Below, in pieces: positions 61,368 to 64,000 of a stretch of 64,000 nt of DNA. The notes under the pieces are model-generated. The model did no database searches. It had not been told where the DNA came from and saw only the letters and a program-made list of their open reading frames with translations. Source of the DNA: Candidatus Micrarchaeota archaeon (GTDB lineage: Archaea; Micrarchaeota; Micrarchaeia; Burarchaeales; JACRGF01); NCBI GenBank assembly GCA_016212395.1, contig JACRGF010000062.1:5315-69314 (forward strand), given 5' to 3'. Numbering within the stretch: the first letter of the stretch is position 1; each line of letters starts with the position of its first letter. A program made the position numbers and the translations under genes.

Positions 61368-63926
61368 TTAATATTTTGTTGGATCTAGCACAGTAAACTT
61401 AGCTTTGTTAAGCAACGCGAACGCTTCCCAAGAAACCGCGCGCACAAATTCAATAGGATTATCCCTGAAAGAAATCAACTCGTTTATGCCTGACGAAATT
61501 TCCACGTTACTGCCATCTTCATTGCGTTTAGGCAGTTTTCTCGAGGATGCAATTGAAGCAGTACCCATCAAATCCTTCAACTGGCCAAGCAATCCAAGCA
61601 AACGCTCGCACTCTACACAAGTCTGGAGAGTGACAGTCACAGCAGTGGCAGGATTGATTTCGTCAATCGCATCCTGAAGTTTAGAAACATAATCCAGCAA
61701 AGGCACACCAGTCGCAATGGAGATAGCAGCAGATTTGGTTCGAATCGCTGCACTAAGCGCGTTATACCTGCTTGGGAACGTGTCAACATCACGCCCAATT
61801 TGAAAAAATTGAGCACCATGCACGTTAAGAGTAACATTCCCTTGAGTCTCACCAAGCGCAGGTTTCGCTGCGTCTCCCACTTTTGCTTCAACATCGGCTT
61901 TCGCCTTCTCTTCTGCCTGCTTTGACGCTTCAGCGTCAGTTACTTTCACTTTCAAACCGTTGAGAGGAGTAGAGGATCCTTCGCCTTCGGATTTATCTCC
62001 TTTTTTCAGTGTTCTTGCTTCAAAGACTCGACGGCCTGTTTCTCCTCCTCGAATTAGCTTGCCTTGTGGTTCTCCGAAGTGCGGCACGTTGCTAGGTATG
62101 CCCGCGTCAGAAGGCACTCCAACGAGACCACCTATTTCCGTAACTAGTTCGCTTGCGTTGCCAGTGCCAAGACGGACGATCACGCCAGATATCTTTCTCC
62201 TCGTGTCGTTTACTTGTCGTTTCAAGGCGTCAACAGGAGCATTGCCAACTGTTGCTCTTCTGCTTTCTAAAATTTCGTCTGCTTTAGCTAATGCAATAAG
62301 ACCTCTGCGCAGTGCCTCGCGGTAAATACCTTGTTGTTTAGGAGTCAGTAGTGCTGCAGGCGCAACTGCTGGCGCAGGCGCTGGAGCAATTTTAGGCGGT
62401 TTTTCTTCGAGCCCAAGCGCTTTCTGCTTGAGTTTTTCAGCGTCTTCCCTTAGTTTTTTTGCTTCTGCGCGCAAGCCTTCGAGTATTTCAGTGTTGAGCT
62501 GCATGCCTGGCTCGAGGTGGCGCACGAGCCACCCGTGAAGTTCTTCAGCATCGCCAGCCAAGCGAGCGCGCTCAGCGTCAAGCGCGTCGTGTTCAGCTTT
62601 GTTAACCTTGTCGTTCTTTGCTTCAAGAATCCTGCGCACGTTTTCAAGAATCGCTTGAGTTCCAACAACGTCTGCAAGCAATGAATCAACGCTTGAAATC
62701 AACTGGCGTTCGTCTGGAGACGATTCGCGAACAGTTTCAACGAATGCCGGCCTTCGCACGCCAGTTGGAGTAAATAAAACAGTGCCTGCAGACCTTGAAT
62801 CTTCAGCAAACTTGTCGGATTCTGAAAAGCAAATCGCTAGCAATGCTACAGCAGCAGCAACGCCGATGGCAATGCCTCTTGCTGCCTTGCCTCCAATAGG
62901 CTTCCTGGCAACGCGTTCTGCAAGCTCTAACGCCCTCCTGCCAGCAGAAACAGCAGCTTCTCCGGAAACAGCACGCGCAGCTTCACGCGCTTGGCTACGG
63001 GCAGCAAACATTGCGCCAGCGCGTTCTACAGCAGCAGCAACGCGATCCCTGCCGCTTGAAACAGCTTCTCGCGCGCGAGTAAAATCAGCAGCAGTCTTTT
63101 CCGCATCGCTAATAACGAAACGACTTACAGCACGCGCACCAGTTGCAACTTTAGAGCCAGCAGCACGAGCTTGCCCTGCAGCAGCAGTGCGCGCGCTAGC
63201 CAAGAACGCTCTAAAACGAGAAGGGCTCTGCGTGACTCTCAATGCTTCCAGCTTGCTTGCAAGTTCAACTTCCCTGACAGCAACAACTTCAGCCCTGCGG
63301 GCAACAGGCGCAGCCTCTCCTGCAACAGCACGAGGAGCGGAAAAGTCTCGAACAACACCTTCAGCAGCTCGCTCAACTTCCCGGGCAACAGGCGCAGCCT
63401 CTCCTGCAACAGCACGAGGAGCGGAAAAGTCTCGGGCAATGCTTTCAGCAGCAGCACGCTCAGCGCTTTCAGCAGCTCGCGCGATCCTCTCTGAAGCGAT
63501 TGCACTCACGCCTCTTGAGGCAGACGCGCTCCGCTCGAGGTTAACGTACCTCGCAACAGCATCGTGGTATTTGCCGGAAGGAATTTTATCAAGGTCAGCA
63601 ACGCCTGTTCCAAGAAATTTTTCAAACTCTCGCTCTGCCTGCCGGCGACCCATGCCGCTGAACCTTGAAATGTCTGCTTGGAACGCATGCGTTAAGCTTT
63701 CCCTCAGCCTTTGAACAGCAGCCAAGCGCAGTTCTTCAGTAGCAGCAGTTTCCAATGCTGCAGCAGCACGCCCGACAGCTTGCTGGGCTGGGGCAGTAGC
63801 CGGCTTTGCAACTGGCTCTGCAGCTCGAATAGGCTTGGCGCGCATGCCTGCGCGGGCTTCAACTGCAGGTTCTGGAGCAGGAATGGGAGTACGCGGTTTG
63901 TGAACGGGTTTTTGTGTTGGAGCCAT
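61368..63926 (-). CDS. 852-aa single-pass membrane protein: Ala/Arg-rich N-terminal half, coiled-coil and beta-rich C-terminal half
   Basis: TM GIAIGVAAAVALLAICF at about residue 370. 28-aa tandem repeat RDFSAPRAVAGEAAPVA. Pro/Ala linker KIAPAPAPAVAPAALL. Confidence 0.65.
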   Translation of the reverse strand: MAPTQKPVHKPRTPIPAPEPAVEARAGMRAKPIRAAEPVAKPATAPAQQAVGRAAAALETAATEELRLAAVQRLRESLTHAFQADISRFSGMGRRQAEREFEKFLGTGVADLDKIPSGKYHDAVARYVNLERSASASRGVSAIASERIARAAESAERAAAESIARDFSAPRAVAGEAAPVAREVERAAEGVVRDFSAPRAVAGEAAPVARRAEVVAVREVELASKLEALRVTQSPSRFRAFLASARTAAAGQARAAGSKVATGARAVSRFVISDAEKTAADFTRAREAVSSGRDRVAAAVERAGAMFAARSQAREAARAVSGEAAVSAGRRALELAERVARKPIGGKAARGIAIGVAAAVALLAICFSESDKFAEDSRSAGTVLFTPTGVRRPAFVETVRESSPDERQLISSVDSLLADVVGTQAILENVRRILEAKNDKVNKAEHDALDAERARLAGDAEELHGWLVRHLEPGMQLNTEILEGLRAEAKKLREDAEKLKQKALGLEEKPPKIAPAPAPAVAPAALLTPKQQGIYREALRRGLIALAKADEILESRRATVGNAPVDALKRQVNDTRRKISGVIVRLGTGNASELVTEIGGLVGVPSDAGIPSNVPHFGEPQGKLIRGGETGRRVFEARTLKKGDKSEGEGSSTPLNGLKVKVTDAEASKQAEEKAKADVEAKVGDAAKPALGETQGNVTLNVHGAQFFQIGRDVDTFPSRYNALSAAIRTKSAAISIATGVPLLDYVSKLQDAIDEINPATAVTVTLQTCVECERLLGLLGQLKDLMGTASIASSRKLPKRNEDGSNVEISSGINELISFRDNPIEFVRAVSWEAFALLNKAKFTVLDPTKY
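63299..63434 (-). repeat. Two perfect 52-nt direct repeats with an 84-nt period inside the 852-aa gene
   Basis: gggcaacaggcgcagcctctcctgcaacagcacgaggagcggaaaagtctcg occurs at 63299-63350 and 63383-63434. Confidence 0.9.
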
Positions 63927-64000
63927 GAGTTATCACTCTCTTTAAACGGTCAAATACGGAAGAGTTTATTGCCGAAGTAGTATTTATATGTTTGTTGTAA

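Overview
This window reads as an archaeal chromosomal segment. Archaea-specific markers include TFE, the proteasome beta subunit, KH/beta-CASP aCPSF1 plus a second beta-CASP RNase, RpoK, aTrm56, a DUF359-type dephospho-CoA kinase and geranylgeranyl reductase. There are also three tRNAs with long introns at the canonical anticodon-loop position.

Gene order is as follows:
1. A sulfur-mobilisation / ubiquitin-like cluster (PP-loop thiolase, cysteine desulfurase, MoaD-type carrier ending in GG, E1-like MoeB/ThiF, TusA-like) next to cysS and tRNA-Cys.
2. A small AT-richer islet with a wHTH + nucleotidyltransferase pair.
3. A copper cluster (CopA, an HMA-DsbD_2-cupredoxin fusion, two HMA chaperones, a membrane wHTH protein).
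4. Envelope glycosylation genes interleaved with class II HMG-CoA reductase, dephospho-CoA kinase and a Hef-type helicase.
5. thiM-thiE.
6. A 1001-aa repeat protein coupled to a membrane protein.
7. trm56, tRNA-Lys, tfe, a DJ-1 family gene and psmB.
8. aCPSF1 interrupted by a 566-aa LAGLIDADG intein.
9. A HIT-family gene, tRNA-Arg, and an orphan cluster (HEAT protein, 842-aa protein, wHTH, Lys-rich protein).
10. rpoK, ferredoxin + GGR, a Fic islet and a HEPN/MNT pair.
11. A 10.5-kb three-gene surface-protein operon at the right end.

Non-coding highlights:
- Dispersed arrays of degenerate 8-nt NNNAAAC/GTTTNNN units occur in most intergenic regions and inside a tRNA intron.
- A perfect 38-bp inverted repeat brackets the helicase gene.
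- There are two copies of a ~130-nt multi-hairpin element, one overlapping the aCPSF1 start.
- Two tRNA introns share a polypyrimidine/polypurine module.
- A structured GC-rich element lies upstream of thiM.

No rRNA, CRISPR array, transposase or integrase was seen. The combination of long tRNA introns, giant surface proteins and patchy metabolism suggests a small-genome uncultivated archaeon. That lineage assignment is inference only. All calls come from reading the sequence and the ORF track by eye; no searches or computations were run.
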